From contig JAEOTE010000090.1 in the NCBI GenBank assembly GCA_016839945.1, positions 1 to 64,000 of the forward strand: a DNA stretch of 64,000 nucleotides, read 5' to 3'. The position numbers and the translations under genes are program-made. Below, piece by piece: positions 12,059-21,309 of this stretch. The DNA is from Candidatus Heimdallarchaeota archaeon. GTDB lineage: Archaea > Asgardarchaeota > Heimdallarchaeia > Heimdallarchaeales > Heimdallarchaeaceae. The notes under the pieces are model-generated. The model did no database searches and was not told the origin of the DNA. It was given only the letters and a program-made list of their open reading frames with translations. Each line of letters opens with the position of its first letter. The stretch's first letter is position 1.

Positions 12059-13876
12059 ATGAAAGTTCCACTACAAAAATACTGGGATATACAAAAGAGG
12101 TACTTAGCACCTTTCAAAGCACAATTGGTGCTGTTAGCTATTCTATTGATTAGTGGAACTGTTCTTCAAATCTTTACTCCTTTGATTATTGAAAGATACA
12201 TAAATCTCGCTACTCAAGGAATAGCATTGCAAGATCTAAACAACTTCTTTCAGACTATCGGTTTACCGTTCGCTAATGCTAACAATATAGTATCCACGCT
12301 CATTCTATTAGCGTCTCTTTACATTGTTCTAATGTTTATTCAACAGATAGCATCCTTATTTTCTGTCTACTTCAGTCAAAACCTTTCTTGGTCCTCTACA
12401 AATATGATGAGATTCGAATTAACAAAACATTGTATTAATTTAGACATGACCTTTCATAACGAATACAAACCTGGTGAAATGATTGAGAGAATTGATGGAG
12501 ATGTAAACACTTTAGCTTCTTTTCTGTCTCAATTTGCTGTTCAACTTCTTAGTTCATTGCTTCTAATATTTGGAGTTCTAATTACATTGTTTACCAAACA
12601 TTGGATACTAGGACTTGCATTCACAGTTTTTACTGTTCTCGCTATACTTGTTATGTATAAGATGAGAAATTTCTCCGTCAAATCTTGGGAGAAACAGAGA
12701 GAAACTAGTGCAGATTTGTATGGTACTATTGAAGAAAGTTTAAGTGCTGTAGAAGACATTAGAGCGAATGGATCAGTTAAAAATGCTATGCGTAAATTCT
12801 TTGATTTCGCCAGAAATAACTTCAAAGCTTTTCGTAGAGCCTTAATCAGAGATCAATTGTTTGTAATGACCATATGGGGAATTATTGCAATTATTAACAC
12901 AATGGTGTTTGCTCCAAGTATTCCTCTTCTCAATAATGGTATCATAACTATTGGAACAATTTTTCTAGTGCAAGTTTTTGCTGGAATGCTTCTAAGACCA
13001 ATCTTTCAAATTACTAGACAGATGCAAAATCTTCAACGCGCAGGAGCTTCCATTGATAGAATAAATAAAATATTTGATACTAAAACAAAAATACTAGATA
13101 AGGGGTCACAGAAATTTTCACCAGGACCTTTAACACTGGAATTCAAGAATTTGAGTTTTGCATACAATGAAGATGATTATGTTCTAAATAAATTGTCATT
13201 TAAGCTTAATCCTGGCAAGATATTGGGAATCGTTGGACAAACTGGAAGCGGAAAAACAACTATTTCCAGGTTGCTATTTCGTTTATATGACACAAAACCA
13301 GATGATGGTTTTATTAAATTAAACAACACAAAAATCGAAGAAATTTCTTTAGAAGATTTAAGAGATAAGATATCTTACGTTACACAAAATGTGGAATTGT
13401 TTCAAGCTTCTATTAGGGATAATGTTACTTTGTTTGATAAGAGAATAAATGATCAAAGAATAGTATCAATCCTTGACGATATTGGTCTAGGTGAATGGCT
13501 GGATAAAATGCCAGAAGGATTAGATACAATTATTTCTTCAAGTGAATATGGTATTTCAGCTGGTGAAGCACAACTCTTAGCGTTAGCACGTGTTTTTATT
13601 AAAAGCCCGAATTTAGTTATTTTAGATGAAGCTTCTTCTAGACTTGATCCTGTTACAGAGAATTTGCTTGAACAAGCAATTGATAAACTACTAATAAATA
13701 GAACAGGTATTATCATAGCTCATCGATTAGCTACACTTGAAAAAGTGGATGATATTTTGATCATTGATAAAGGTCACATTGTAGAACATGGAGAGAGAGA
13801 AGATTTAGCTAACGATCCAGACTCACAGTTTTACCAGCTGCTTCAAACAGGAGAAATAGTGGAGTTGTTGAAATGA
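12059..13876 (+). CDS. ABC exporter, fused TMD-NBD (heterodimer subunit 1)
   Basis: Walker A GQTGSGKT, degenerate signature ISAGE, Walker B ILDEA, H-switch IAHR. Confidence 0.93.
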   Translation: MKVPLQKYWDIQKRYLAPFKAQLVLLAILLISGTVLQIFTPLIIERYINLATQGIALQDLNNFFQTIGLPFANANNIVSTLILLASLYIVLMFIQQIASLFSVYFSQNLSWSSTNMMRFELTKHCINLDMTFHNEYKPGEMIERIDGDVNTLASFLSQFAVQLLSSLLLIFGVLITLFTKHWILGLAFTVFTVLAILVMYKMRNFSVKSWEKQRETSADLYGTIEESLSAVEDIRANGSVKNAMRKFFDFARNNFKAFRRALIRDQLFVMTIWGIIAIINTMVFAPSIPLLNNGIITIGTIFLVQVFAGMLLRPIFQITRQMQNLQRAGASIDRINKIFDTKTKILDKGSQKFSPGPLTLEFKNLSFAYNEDDYVLNKLSFKLNPGKILGIVGQTGSGKTTISRLLFRLYDTKPDDGFIKLNNTKIEEISLEDLRDKISYVTQNVELFQASIRDNVTLFDKRINDQRIVSILDDIGLGEWLDKMPEGLDTIISSSEYGISAGEAQLLALARVFIKSPNLVILDEASSRLDPVTENLLEQAIDKLLINRTGIIIAHRLATLEKVDDILIIDKGHIVEHGEREDLANDPDSQFYQLLQTGEIVELLK

Positions 13877-15687
13877 ATATTCTTAAATTATCTTGGAGAC
13901 TACTGCGTTTCAAACCAGGATTAGCTTTTACTGGTTTTCTTTCTGATATTCTTTTCTTTCTACAACCTTTAGCTGCCAGTTACATTGCTAGAGAAATTTT
14001 TAATCAACTCGAGGGAGTAGGTGGGTGGAGTACAGGATTAAATATATGGATCTTGGTTCTTTTAGTACTCCCTCTTACTTTAAGTTTAAGACTCATAGGT
14101 GATTTTATTTTTGTTTTTACAATGTGGATATTCATTCTTTCAAGTCAAGTACTTCTCAGAAAAAACATGATGGCAGGAATATTCCGCAAACCAGGCGCTG
14201 TTGCACTCCCAGATTCTCCTGGTGAAGCTGTATCAAGATTTCGAGGAGACGTAGAGGAAGTGTTGTGGTTTGTATATCATCTTACTTCTTTCTTCAGTCT
14301 CGGAATATTCACTGGATTAACCTTCTTCATAATGCAAGACATTAATTGGAAATTAACAGTATTTGTTAGCATACCTTTTGTCTTTATGATGGTTTTAGTT
14401 TATTTTACAAGACCCGTATTCACAAAATTAAGAAAAGAACGCAGAAAAGCAGCTGGAGCTGTAACAAGAACTATTGGAGAGATATTCAGATCTGTACAAG
14501 CGATCAAAGTAGCTACTTCTGAAGAACATGTTTTGAATTACTTCAGTGGAGTTAATGAAAAGCGACGTATAGCAGAAGTGAAAGATGAGTTTTTCCATCA
14601 TTTTATCCATGTTATATACTATGTCACCATTTATCTTTGTATAGGAATTATCCTTTTACTTGTTGGAAGCAACTTGAGAAATAATGTTTTTACAGTTGGT
14701 GATTTAGCATTTTTTGTAACTATTCTAGCAGAATTGGGAGAATTCATCTGGAATATGGGGGACTTGGTTCCAAGATATGTTCGTACTAAAGTTTCCTTTG
14801 GAAGAATGTTTAACTTGATTAAAAGCGCTGATCCAGAGGTTACTGAATTAAATTTAGTGGAACATGGACCAATTTTTGTGAAAGAAACCACTCCACCAAT
14901 ATTGCCATTAATGATTAATGATCAAGATAAGCTCTTAAGGTTTGTAGCAAAAGACATATCGTATACTTACCCGAATTCAGATAAAGGAATCAAGAATATT
15001 AATTTAGCATTGGAGAAAGGTTCTTTTACTGTAATTACAGGTAGAATTGGTTCTGGAAAAACAACACTTCTTCGAGTATTGCTTGGATTGTTACCTAAGG
15101 AAAAAGGAAATCTAATCTGGAATAATGAATTAGTTAAGAAACCAGAAGATTTCTTTGTTCCACCAAGAACGGCGTATACAGCTCAAATCCCTAGACTTTT
15201 TAGTGACTCTATAAGAGAAAATATACTCCTTGGATTACCTGAAGAATCTGTTAATATCGAAGAGTCTCTTAAGCTTGCTGTTGTAGAAAAAGAAGTGAAT
15301 GAGTTTGCTGAAGGATTAGATACTCTAGTAGGTCCTAAAGGAGTTAAACTCTCTGGAGGACAACGACAACGTTTAGCAGCAGCAAGAATGTTTGCTAGAA
15401 ATCCTGAGATTTTAGTCTTTGATGACTTGTCTAGTGCTCTTGATGTTGAAACCGAGCAATTATTGTGGGAAAGAGTTTTTGACAAAGAAGGTTCAACATG
15501 TTTAGCGGTTTCCCACCGTCCAATTGCTTTACGTCGAGCAGACAATGTTATAGTCATGAAAGATGGAGAAATAGAAGCTCAAGGAAAACTAGATGTATTG
15601 CTAGAAACAAACGAAGAGATGAGACGATTGTGGGAAGAGAAGATTATGAAATCAGATACAACTCCAGTTGTTTCACAAACAGATTAA
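13873..15687 (+). CDS. ABC exporter, fused TMD-NBD (heterodimer subunit 2)
   Basis: Walker [14 protein letters not shown], degenerate Walker B VFDD; 4-bp overlap with its partner. Confidence 0.93.
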   Translation: MNILKLSWRLLRFKPGLAFTGFLSDILFFLQPLAASYIAREIFNQLEGVGGWSTGLNIWILVLLVLPLTLSLRLIGDFIFVFTMWIFILSSQVLLRKNMMAGIFRKPGAVALPDSPGEAVSRFRGDVEEVLWFVYHLTSFFSLGIFTGLTFFIMQDINWKLTVFVSIPFVFMMVLVYFTRPVFTKLRKERRKAAGAVTRTIGEIFRSVQAIKVATSEEHVLNYFSGVNEKRRIAEVKDEFFHHFIHVIYYVTIYLCIGIILLLVGSNLRNNVFTVGDLAFFVTILAELGEFIWNMGDLVPRYVRTKVSFGRMFNLIKSADPEVTELNLVEHGPIFVKETTPPILPLMINDQDKLLRFVAKDISYTYPNSDKGIKNINLALEKGSFTVITGRIGSGKTTLLRVLLGLLPKEKGNLIWNNELVKKPEDFFVPPRTAYTAQIPRLFSDSIRENILLGLPEESVNIEESLKLAVVEKEVNEFAEGLDTLVGPKGVKLSGGQRQRLAAARMFARNPEILVFDDLSSALDVETEQLLWERVFDKEGSTCLAVSHRPIALRRADNVIVMKDGEIEAQGKLDVLLETNEEMRRLWEEKIMKSDTTPVVSQTD

Positions 15688-15724
15688 GAAAAAAGAAATC
15701 CCCTTCCTCTGTAGTGTCCCTTTT

Positions 15725-16180
15725 CTATTTTTTTGGTACAAAGAAACCAGAGATTATTGATAATAATGCGCCACCAGTAGCCATCCAAAAACCAATAAAA
15801 TCTACTGGAGGATTTATTGGTAATCCTGCAAATAGCATCCAAGGCATTGAGAATGCGCCACCAAAGAAATAGGGGAAAATGCCAATCATTCCTGATGATA
15901 TTGCTGGTGGGAGAATTATGAATACCAAGACAAAGGAAGATAGCAAAATCCACACCCATCTAGGAATTTTGAATATTGCAAGAATGAGTGCTAAACCTCC
16001 AGACACTAAGGCTAGTGTACCAAAGAACACGTAAGTTAAAATTAGTGTATCACCTCCAGCATGTGGTACAAGAAGTGAATGAAGTGTAGCATATTCGAAA
16101 ACTACACCTATTACTCCTAACATCATTAGCAGGTATGAAATTTTACCATTTTTCGAAGATACAAAAATTTTTTTTGCCAT
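15725..16180 (-). CDS. Hypothetical 4-TM membrane protein
   Basis: Hydrophobic 151-aa ORF with ATG and an upstream TTTAAATA box. Confidence 0.6.
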   Translation of the reverse strand: MAKKIFVSSKNGKISYLLMMLGVIGVVFEYATLHSLLVPHAGGDTLILTYVFFGTLALVSGGLALILAIFKIPRWVWILLSSFVLVFIILPPAISSGMIGIFPYFFGGAFSMPWMLFAGLPINPPVDFIGFWMATGGALLSIISGFFVPKK

Positions 16181-16242
16181 ATAAGAGGATATATTCTCTT
16201 CTTATTTAAAAGTAGTTGAAAGAAGAAGGGTGATTATTTTAT

Positions 16243-16270
16243 ATCACAAGTTAAGGTCACAACTTGTGAT
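16243..16270. promoter_or_regulatory. Perfect 10-bp inverted repeat (candidate operator) in a divergent intergenic region
   Basis: ATCACAAGTT-N8-AACTTGTGAT just upstream of TTTAAATA (~16278-16285), which precedes the 16327 gene. Confidence 0.6.
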
Positions 16271-16326
16271 TTTTCTTTTTAAATACTTACTTCTATTTTA
16301 TCTTGAAATAAATTTGGTGATTTACA

Positions 16327-17529
16327 ATGACAAAAATCGTAGTAGAAGAAGATCAAGAAATGGAATTGACCAAGGTTGATGGTAATCTTGAGATTTTAGA
16401 TGGAGCAACAGTAATTGTTTCTCCTAATGTTGAATATCTAGCTGTTAGTGGAGATCTGATAAGTAAGGGGGACGTAGTAATTCAAGGTTCAATAGTAGCT
16501 GGTGGGTTGAGACATAAAAACGGATATCTCGAAATCGAGGGTGATGCTAAAGTTAAGGAGATATCTGTTTCAAGTGGAAAAATGCGTAATGGTTCTAAAT
16601 TAATAGTTTATGGTAATTTAGAAGGAATTGAAGCTGAAATCGATGGTAGTTTAGAAGTTGAAAAGGATTTTATCTGCAAAGATGTAGATATTATGGGATC
16701 ATGTAAAATTCATGGTGAAGCAACTGTAGAAGAGTATGAAGTAAGTGGTTCAGCAAAACACGGTAAGGACTTAAAAGCTAAAGAAGTAGAAGTAAATGGT
16801 TCATTAAAAGCATCCCAAAGTGTTTTTGTGGAAGAAGATTTTGAAATTTCTGGTTCTGCGAAAATAAGTGATACTCTAAAAGCAGTTAGTGTTAATGTGG
16901 GTGGATCTTTTGTATGTTCAACTCTAACAGCAACTGAAGTTGATGTTGGAGGTTCAGTAAAAATAACCAGAGGAGAAATTGAGGAAAAAATCGATGTAGG
17001 GGGATCATTTAAATGCGAAGAATCTCTTAGAGTGCCTAAAGCTTCATGTAATGGATCCTGCCGTTTTGGTGATAATTCACAAGTTAATGTACTTAATATT
17101 AATGGAGCAACAAAAGTTGGTTCAGATTTCGTTTTTCAAACAATTAAAGTAAATGGAGCATTCAATTTTGATACAAACGCCAGTGGTGATACCCTAACAA
17201 TTAATGGAGCAACCCAAGGTGAGGGATTATTAAAACTTAATGAAAAATTAAGTATAAATGGTGCATTGCATGTTGATAAGGTTGAAGCAGACGAAGTAGA
17301 CATCGCAGGTTCTTTTGATGGTGAGGAAATTAAAGCCAGATTTATACATGTTTCAAGAAATTCACGTGTTAAAGGGACATTAATTGCAGAAAAAGTAATA
17401 GTTGAAGATGAAGCTCGAGTTGAAAACATAATTGCTGATGATGTTGAACTAGGAGAAAAAGTTAAAGCTTTGAAAGTTCAAGCTAAAAATTTGAATGCTG
17501 ATCCTTCAGCGAAATATCGAACTGAATAA
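16327..17529 (+). CDS. Bactofilin-like / polymer-forming cytoskeletal beta-solenoid protein
   Basis: Many ~17-aa repeats of the type (V/I)xV(S/N/G)GS and INGA; C-terminal SRVKGTLIAEKVIV typical of CcmA/YhbE-like proteins. Confidence 0.7.
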   Translation: MTKIVVEEDQEMELTKVDGNLEILDGATVIVSPNVEYLAVSGDLISKGDVVIQGSIVAGGLRHKNGYLEIEGDAKVKEISVSSGKMRNGSKLIVYGNLEGIEAEIDGSLEVEKDFICKDVDIMGSCKIHGEATVEEYEVSGSAKHGKDLKAKEVEVNGSLKASQSVFVEEDFEISGSAKISDTLKAVSVNVGGSFVCSTLTATEVDVGGSVKITRGEIEEKIDVGGSFKCEESLRVPKASCNGSCRFGDNSQVNVLNINGATKVGSDFVFQTIKVNGAFNFDTNASGDTLTINGATQGEGLLKLNEKLSINGALHVDKVEADEVDIAGSFDGEEIKARFIHVSRNSRVKGTLIAEKVIVEDEARVENIIADDVELGEKVKALKVQAKNLNADPSAKYRTE

Positions 17530-17553
17530 GAGATTACCTTTTAAGAAAGTTAA

Positions 17554-17576
17554 GAGTCTCATGACTTCAGAGACTC
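17554..17576 (+). terminator. Hairpin followed by T-rich tract (terminator or operator)
   Basis: GAGTCTC-N9-GAGACTC then CTTTTATTTTTCT, between the solenoid gene and the wHTH gene. Confidence 0.4.
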
Positions 17577-17622
17577 AAAACTTTTATTTTTCTGTTTATA
17601 CATATAATCGTGGTTACTCAAC

Positions 17623-17919
17623 ATGCCTGTAATAAATAGAACAAGATATGATATTTATGCGGATATTCTATCTGTAATGGATTTTTATAGCGAAGCAGGA
17701 ATTTCACAAATAGCAAGAAGAGCTAATTTACCTATTGACAGAGCTAAAGGATTAGTACAATTTATGATGGCGAGAGGTTTACTTGTGAAGTTCGAAAATC
17801 CCAAACAACGTCCAAGTATCTTATATAGAGCAACAAATAGAGGATCACAATATCTTGAATTGTATAAAAATCTCTCTCACATGGTAGTAGAAATAACAGA
17901 AGAGGAAATGGATTTTTAA
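17623..17919 (+). CDS. Archaeal winged-helix regulator (HTH_45-like)
   Basis: RTRYDIYADIL...SQIARRANL...GLL...Y..T.RG..YL pattern. Confidence 0.85.
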   Translation: MPVINRTRYDIYADILSVMDFYSEAGISQIARRANLPIDRAKGLVQFMMARGLLVKFENPKQRPSILYRATNRGSQYLELYKNLSHMVVEITEEEMDF

Positions 17920-17972
17920 TCATAGTTTAAAACCAAAAATCTACATCCATTCATCAAAAAGAATTTATTATT

Positions 17973-18827
17973 ATGAGTTATAGGAATTATATAATGCTTC
18001 AATTCAGAAAATTTGTTGCTAAGGATTGGGAAGACTTCAAAGAAATTGTCAAAGAAGCATTTTCTAGAGAAGGTATTCAAAAAGAAGGTTTTATTGGAAC
18101 TTTAGAGGACGAAGGTTTTATTGGGGGCTTTATAAACAATAAACTCATTGGATACCTTCGTTTACTGACTCACAAGGAATATGGGCATTTAGGACAAATT
18201 GCAGTTACAAAACTCGAAAGAGGAAAGGGTTATGGGAATATTCTCATGAAGTATGCTCTTGATTTTTTTGAATCCAAGGGGATGAAAAGATTAGGATTGT
18301 ACGTAGAAACTAATAATCAAACTGCTATTTCATTATACGAAAAGTTTGGATTGGTAAAGCAATTTGAATCTTGGCATTATTGGATAAATGAGGAGTTCTA
18401 CAAGCAAATAGAAGAATCGTCTGAAAGAATTGGAAACTCTGAGTTAAGAATTTTAACTGCATCCGATTTTGAAATTATAATAAAAGCATTTCCTGAGGTT
18501 AACAAAGAAGAACTTGAGTCTCATCTAAATAGCGAACAAATTCAAGGTTTAACAGGAGTAAAATCCATTCCACTTGGTTTATTTGTAAATAATGAATTAC
18601 AAATCTATGGAAGATTTAATCCTGAATTTCCAGGATGCAGACCATTTCTAGTTACTGAAACACAGTATGTTGACGAGTTTATTTCTAATTTGGTCAAATA
18701 TAAGAAGAAAAACTATATTCGATTAACTTTTGATAGAAATAGAAAGTTAGCTGAATTCTTCAAAGAAAGAGGATACAAGCTCCACAACCACATGTTTGTG
18801 ATGGAAAAAAAGATTTCAAATGATTGA
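17973..18827 (+). CDS. GNAT N-acetyltransferase
   Basis: IAV...ERGKGYG, N..AISLYEKFG. Confidence 0.88.
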   Translation: MSYRNYIMLQFRKFVAKDWEDFKEIVKEAFSREGIQKEGFIGTLEDEGFIGGFINNKLIGYLRLLTHKEYGHLGQIAVTKLERGKGYGNILMKYALDFFESKGMKRLGLYVETNNQTAISLYEKFGLVKQFESWHYWINEEFYKQIEESSERIGNSELRILTASDFEIIIKAFPEVNKEELESHLNSEQIQGLTGVKSIPLGLFVNNELQIYGRFNPEFPGCRPFLVTETQYVDEFISNLVKYKKKNYIRLTFDRNRKLAEFFKERGYKLHNHMFVMEKKISND

Positions 18828-18884
18828 AGTCACAAAAATAGAAAATTTTGTCTTTATAAAGTATTTTTCGAATTATATTATTGA

Positions 18885-19163
18885 ATGCAATCAAGGGAAG
18901 CAGAAGGGATTCTGGAATCAGAGGTCATTAGGGAAAAATATCCTTGTTATAATTATGCTGTTTACTTCCTTGAACAAGAGGACATTATGCAGAGAAAAAT
19001 CGGTTACTCACTCTTAGCACCTTTATTTAGATTGCTTCCAGAAGATCTGCAGGAATATATCAGATACATTTGGCAAATAGATGGAGAAAAACACAAAATG
19101 CCTTTTTCCTTTGTAAAGTGCTGTAATCAAATTTTCATTGATGAAGAAAATCAAACAAGCTGA
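18885..19163 (+). CDS. Hypothetical protein
   Basis: 92-aa ATG ORF after an AT-rich promoter-like stretch; its stop abuts the convergent ORF. Confidence 0.5.
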   Translation: MQSREAEGILESEVIREKYPCYNYAVYFLEQEDIMQRKIGYSLLAPLFRLLPEDLQEYIRYIWQIDGEKHKMPFSFVKCCNQIFIDEENQTS

Positions 19164-19385
19164 TTATCCTCCAAAGAACTTTCTACGCATGTATATGAAT
19201 TGTTCAGTCGCTTCTTGATCTTCAGCCATTCTTTCATAATATGATTTAGGTTTTAATAGTATCTTTCTACTTTTTTCCCCAAGTTTATTCATTGATTTCA
19301 TCCAAACAAGAAGAAAAGCCACAATAGCAGACACTAATAGACATACAAAAATAGAAATGAAGATTATGTATAGGATTGGAGCCAT
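19164..19385 (-). CDS. Small single-pass membrane protein
   Basis: N-terminal TM helix plus basic tail; CTTATAAG TATA-like box upstream. Confidence 0.55.
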   Translation of the reverse strand: MAPILYIIFISIFVCLLVSAIVAFLLVWMKSMNKLGEKSRKILLKPKSYYERMAEDQEATEQFIYMRRKFFGG

Positions 19386-19466
19386 AGTCTATTGTTAACT
19401 AGGGATTAATGCCTTATAAGCATTATTAAAAATGGAGGATTTAGAGTTTTGAAATTTATATAAAAT

Positions 19467-19594
19467 GGTTCAACTCTCAACTGCTCTTATGTGTAAATGA
19501 GCTCATTGCTCCAGAGTGGAATCATTTTGATTCATCAAACCAATTTCAATTCATTGCTCACTAGGCCACATCTTAAGAACTGAAAGGAGAACCC
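19467..19594 (-). ncRNA. Box C/D methylation-guide sRNA for pre-tRNA-Trp C34 and C39 (core 19498-19560, in a long terminal stem)
   Basis: Minus strand reads TGAGC-A-[C ATGAATT]-GA-AATTGGTTT-G-[D' ATGA]-ATCAAA-[C' ATGATTC]-CA-CTCTGGAGC-A-[D ATGA]-GCTCA. Both spacers are 12 nt; each guide forms 9 Watson-Crick pairs with the adjacent pre-tRNA; D+5 falls on C34 and D'+5 on C39. Confidence 0.88.
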
Positions 19595-19630
19595 TAATTA
19601 CTGGTTATAAGTTATAAAAATAAAGGTTTG

Positions 19631-19741
19631 TGGTGGGGACTGGGTGATTTGAACACCCGACCAATTGGTTTCTTCGGATTGGTCATTGCCAAAGCAATGT
19701 TCTCTGGAGCCAACCACTCTACCGGACTGAGCCAAGTCCCC
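19631..19741 (-). tRNA. trnW: tRNA-Trp (CCA) with 34-nt intron at 37/38 (intron 19670-19703); CCA end encoded
   Basis: Acceptor GGGGACT/AGTCCCC+A+CCA; D-arm GCTC/GAGT; anticodon stem GTTGG/CCAAT with loop CT-CCA-G|A; T-arm GGGTG-TTCAAAT-CACCC; 77 nt when spliced. Confidence 0.96.
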
Positions 19742-19828
19742 TACCGATGCTCTTGTTTTTCTCCTTATTTCTTCTTTTAAGGTTTTCTTTATCTTTTTTC
19801 TTGTCTCTTTTCTGAAAATTCCCGTTGA

Positions 19829-20935
19829 TTATTCAATGTAGTAATTTCTATCTTCTAATAAAAATCCCCTTAATATCTCCCCATCCTTCTTCTTTGGTGG
19901 AATTCTTTCTATATTATCATCAAAATTCTCATAATTATCCATAGCCATGATTGTAACTGTTTCATTTTCTTTGGATACCAACATATATTCTCTTAAAATG
20001 ATCTCGTCGCTTCTTTTTTTAGCTCGTTTTTCGACTCTCTTTCTATCAATGTTTTTTATAATGTGGTTCTCAAGATTTTCCATTTTTACTTGATTTTCGT
20101 TAACATTCTTTACTAACCACAAGTGATTTTCGTACTCTATTACGTCACTCACTGCAAATTCTGGTAATCTTACCAAATATGTATTAGTGTATACTTCTGT
20201 TCCATCTTTTGAAGTTGTTTTGTGTTCATAAGCTACAGTCAGTTTTCCTGCAGTCAAATTCTTAATTTCTCTAGCTATTGTTTCAGCTAGGAATTTTGTA
20301 CTAACATTTGCAGTTATACCATCATTGTCTACCTCTAGGTCAAGAATATATGCTAATCTTGCGTCTTCATACTGCTTCATCATTTTCTCTATTAGATTTT
20401 CTATTTCTTCTTCTTCTTTTTCTGTTAGTTTCCTGTTTTCTCCCCTAATTTGTAATATTGCTTCAAAATACCCAGATCTATACTTAGAACAATCATCACA
20501 ACCTTGTCTCACCATTTTCAATCTTGTTTTACCTTCCCTTATGAATTCCCCGAATTCTTTGAAAGGTTTGGCTGTTATAGTGGTGATCATGGTAAATTCC
20601 TTTACACCATAATTCATGATTTTGCTTTCTTCTATATCATCTTCAAATTCAGAATTATAAGAAAAATCAACACTTATTTTTTCTAAGATTTTACTCCGTG
20701 AAATTTCTCGAATAATTTCTTCTAGACTTTCCTCTCTTCTCCAAGTATCGATGTGAGCTCTAGAAACAAAAATTGTTCCACATGTAGGACAGATTTCAAT
20801 ATCTAAGGAAGGAGTAATCTTTATTTCTAAAGAATTTTCTCTTTTGAAGCAGTTCTCACACATATTATCTAAGAATGGGCCTTCCTTCTCACCACAAACG
20901 GCACAAAATCTTCCTTTTAGTGAAATTTTAATCAC
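19829..20935 (-). CDS. nmd3: NMD3 family large-subunit maturation protein
   Basis: Four CxxC pairs, GYFEAILQIRG, TYLVRLP, C-terminal eIF5A-like domains. Confidence 0.92.
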   Translation of the reverse strand: MIKISLKGRFCAVCGEKEGPFLDNMCENCFKRENSLEIKITPSLDIEICPTCGTIFVSRAHIDTWRREESLEEIIREISRSKILEKISVDFSYNSEFEDDIEESKIMNYGVKEFTMITTITAKPFKEFGEFIREGKTRLKMVRQGCDDCSKYRSGYFEAILQIRGENRKLTEKEEEEIENLIEKMMKQYEDARLAYILDLEVDNDGITANVSTKFLAETIAREIKNLTAGKLTVAYEHKTTSKDGTEVYTNTYLVRLPEFAVSDVIEYENHLWLVKNVNENQVKMENLENHIIKNIDRKRVEKRAKKRSDEIILREYMLVSKENETVTIMAMDNYENFDDNIERIPPKKKDGEILRGFLLEDRNYYIE

Positions 20936-20971
20936 CTATATAGCTGTTCTTCTTTAAACTCAAAAAAGTTG

Positions 20972-21289
20972 CTATTTTATTAAAATTGCATGACCAACCT
21001 TTTTCTTTTGATCAGAAGGATTTTCAAACCAAAGTACAGCATCTTTATGAATTAATCTGTTTTCAACTAATAATTTTATGATTTTTACACCAATAACATT
21101 TGCAGATGTGCATCTTTGGACTTCATTTAGTAACTCTTTTTCAGTTACTAATTCATTTCCATAGAACCTCTGCGATACTTTGATTTTAACATCTTTGCAA
21201 AATAATTCTAAATCTACAACTTCCTTATCACACGCTGCAACCAATACTTCATTTCGCTGTTTAATGACCTTCATAAAGAAAACAGACAT
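20972..21289 (-). CDS. DUF424 family protein
   Basis: LVAACD.E, V...FYG, T.ANVIG, GHA; usual neighbour of aIF-2beta and NMD3. Confidence 0.88.
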   Translation of the reverse strand: MSVFFMKVIKQRNEVLVAACDKEVVDLELFCKDVKIKVSQRFYGNELVTEKELLNEVQRCTSANVIGVKIIKLLVENRLIHKDAVLWFENPSDQKKKVGHAILIK

Positions 21290-21309
21290 TTTATTTCAAC
21301 TTCATTAGC

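Noticed and set aside
19498-19560. tRNA fragment, attachment-site duplication or split-tRNA half as the explanation for the tRNA-matching 9-mers
   Set aside because: The matches are antisense, short, cover splice junctions rather than the tRNA 3' end, and are framed by C/D boxes at D+5 register; no integrase is nearby.
19467-19594. Canonical BHB splice motif in the sRNA outer stem
   Set aside because: The two 3-nt bulges are separated by 7 bp, not 4; kept only as a speculative note.
19670-19703. Intron-encoded box C/D RNA inside tRNA-Trp
   Set aside because: The intron is only 34 nt and has no C/D/C'/D' set or full guides; the guide is downstream instead.
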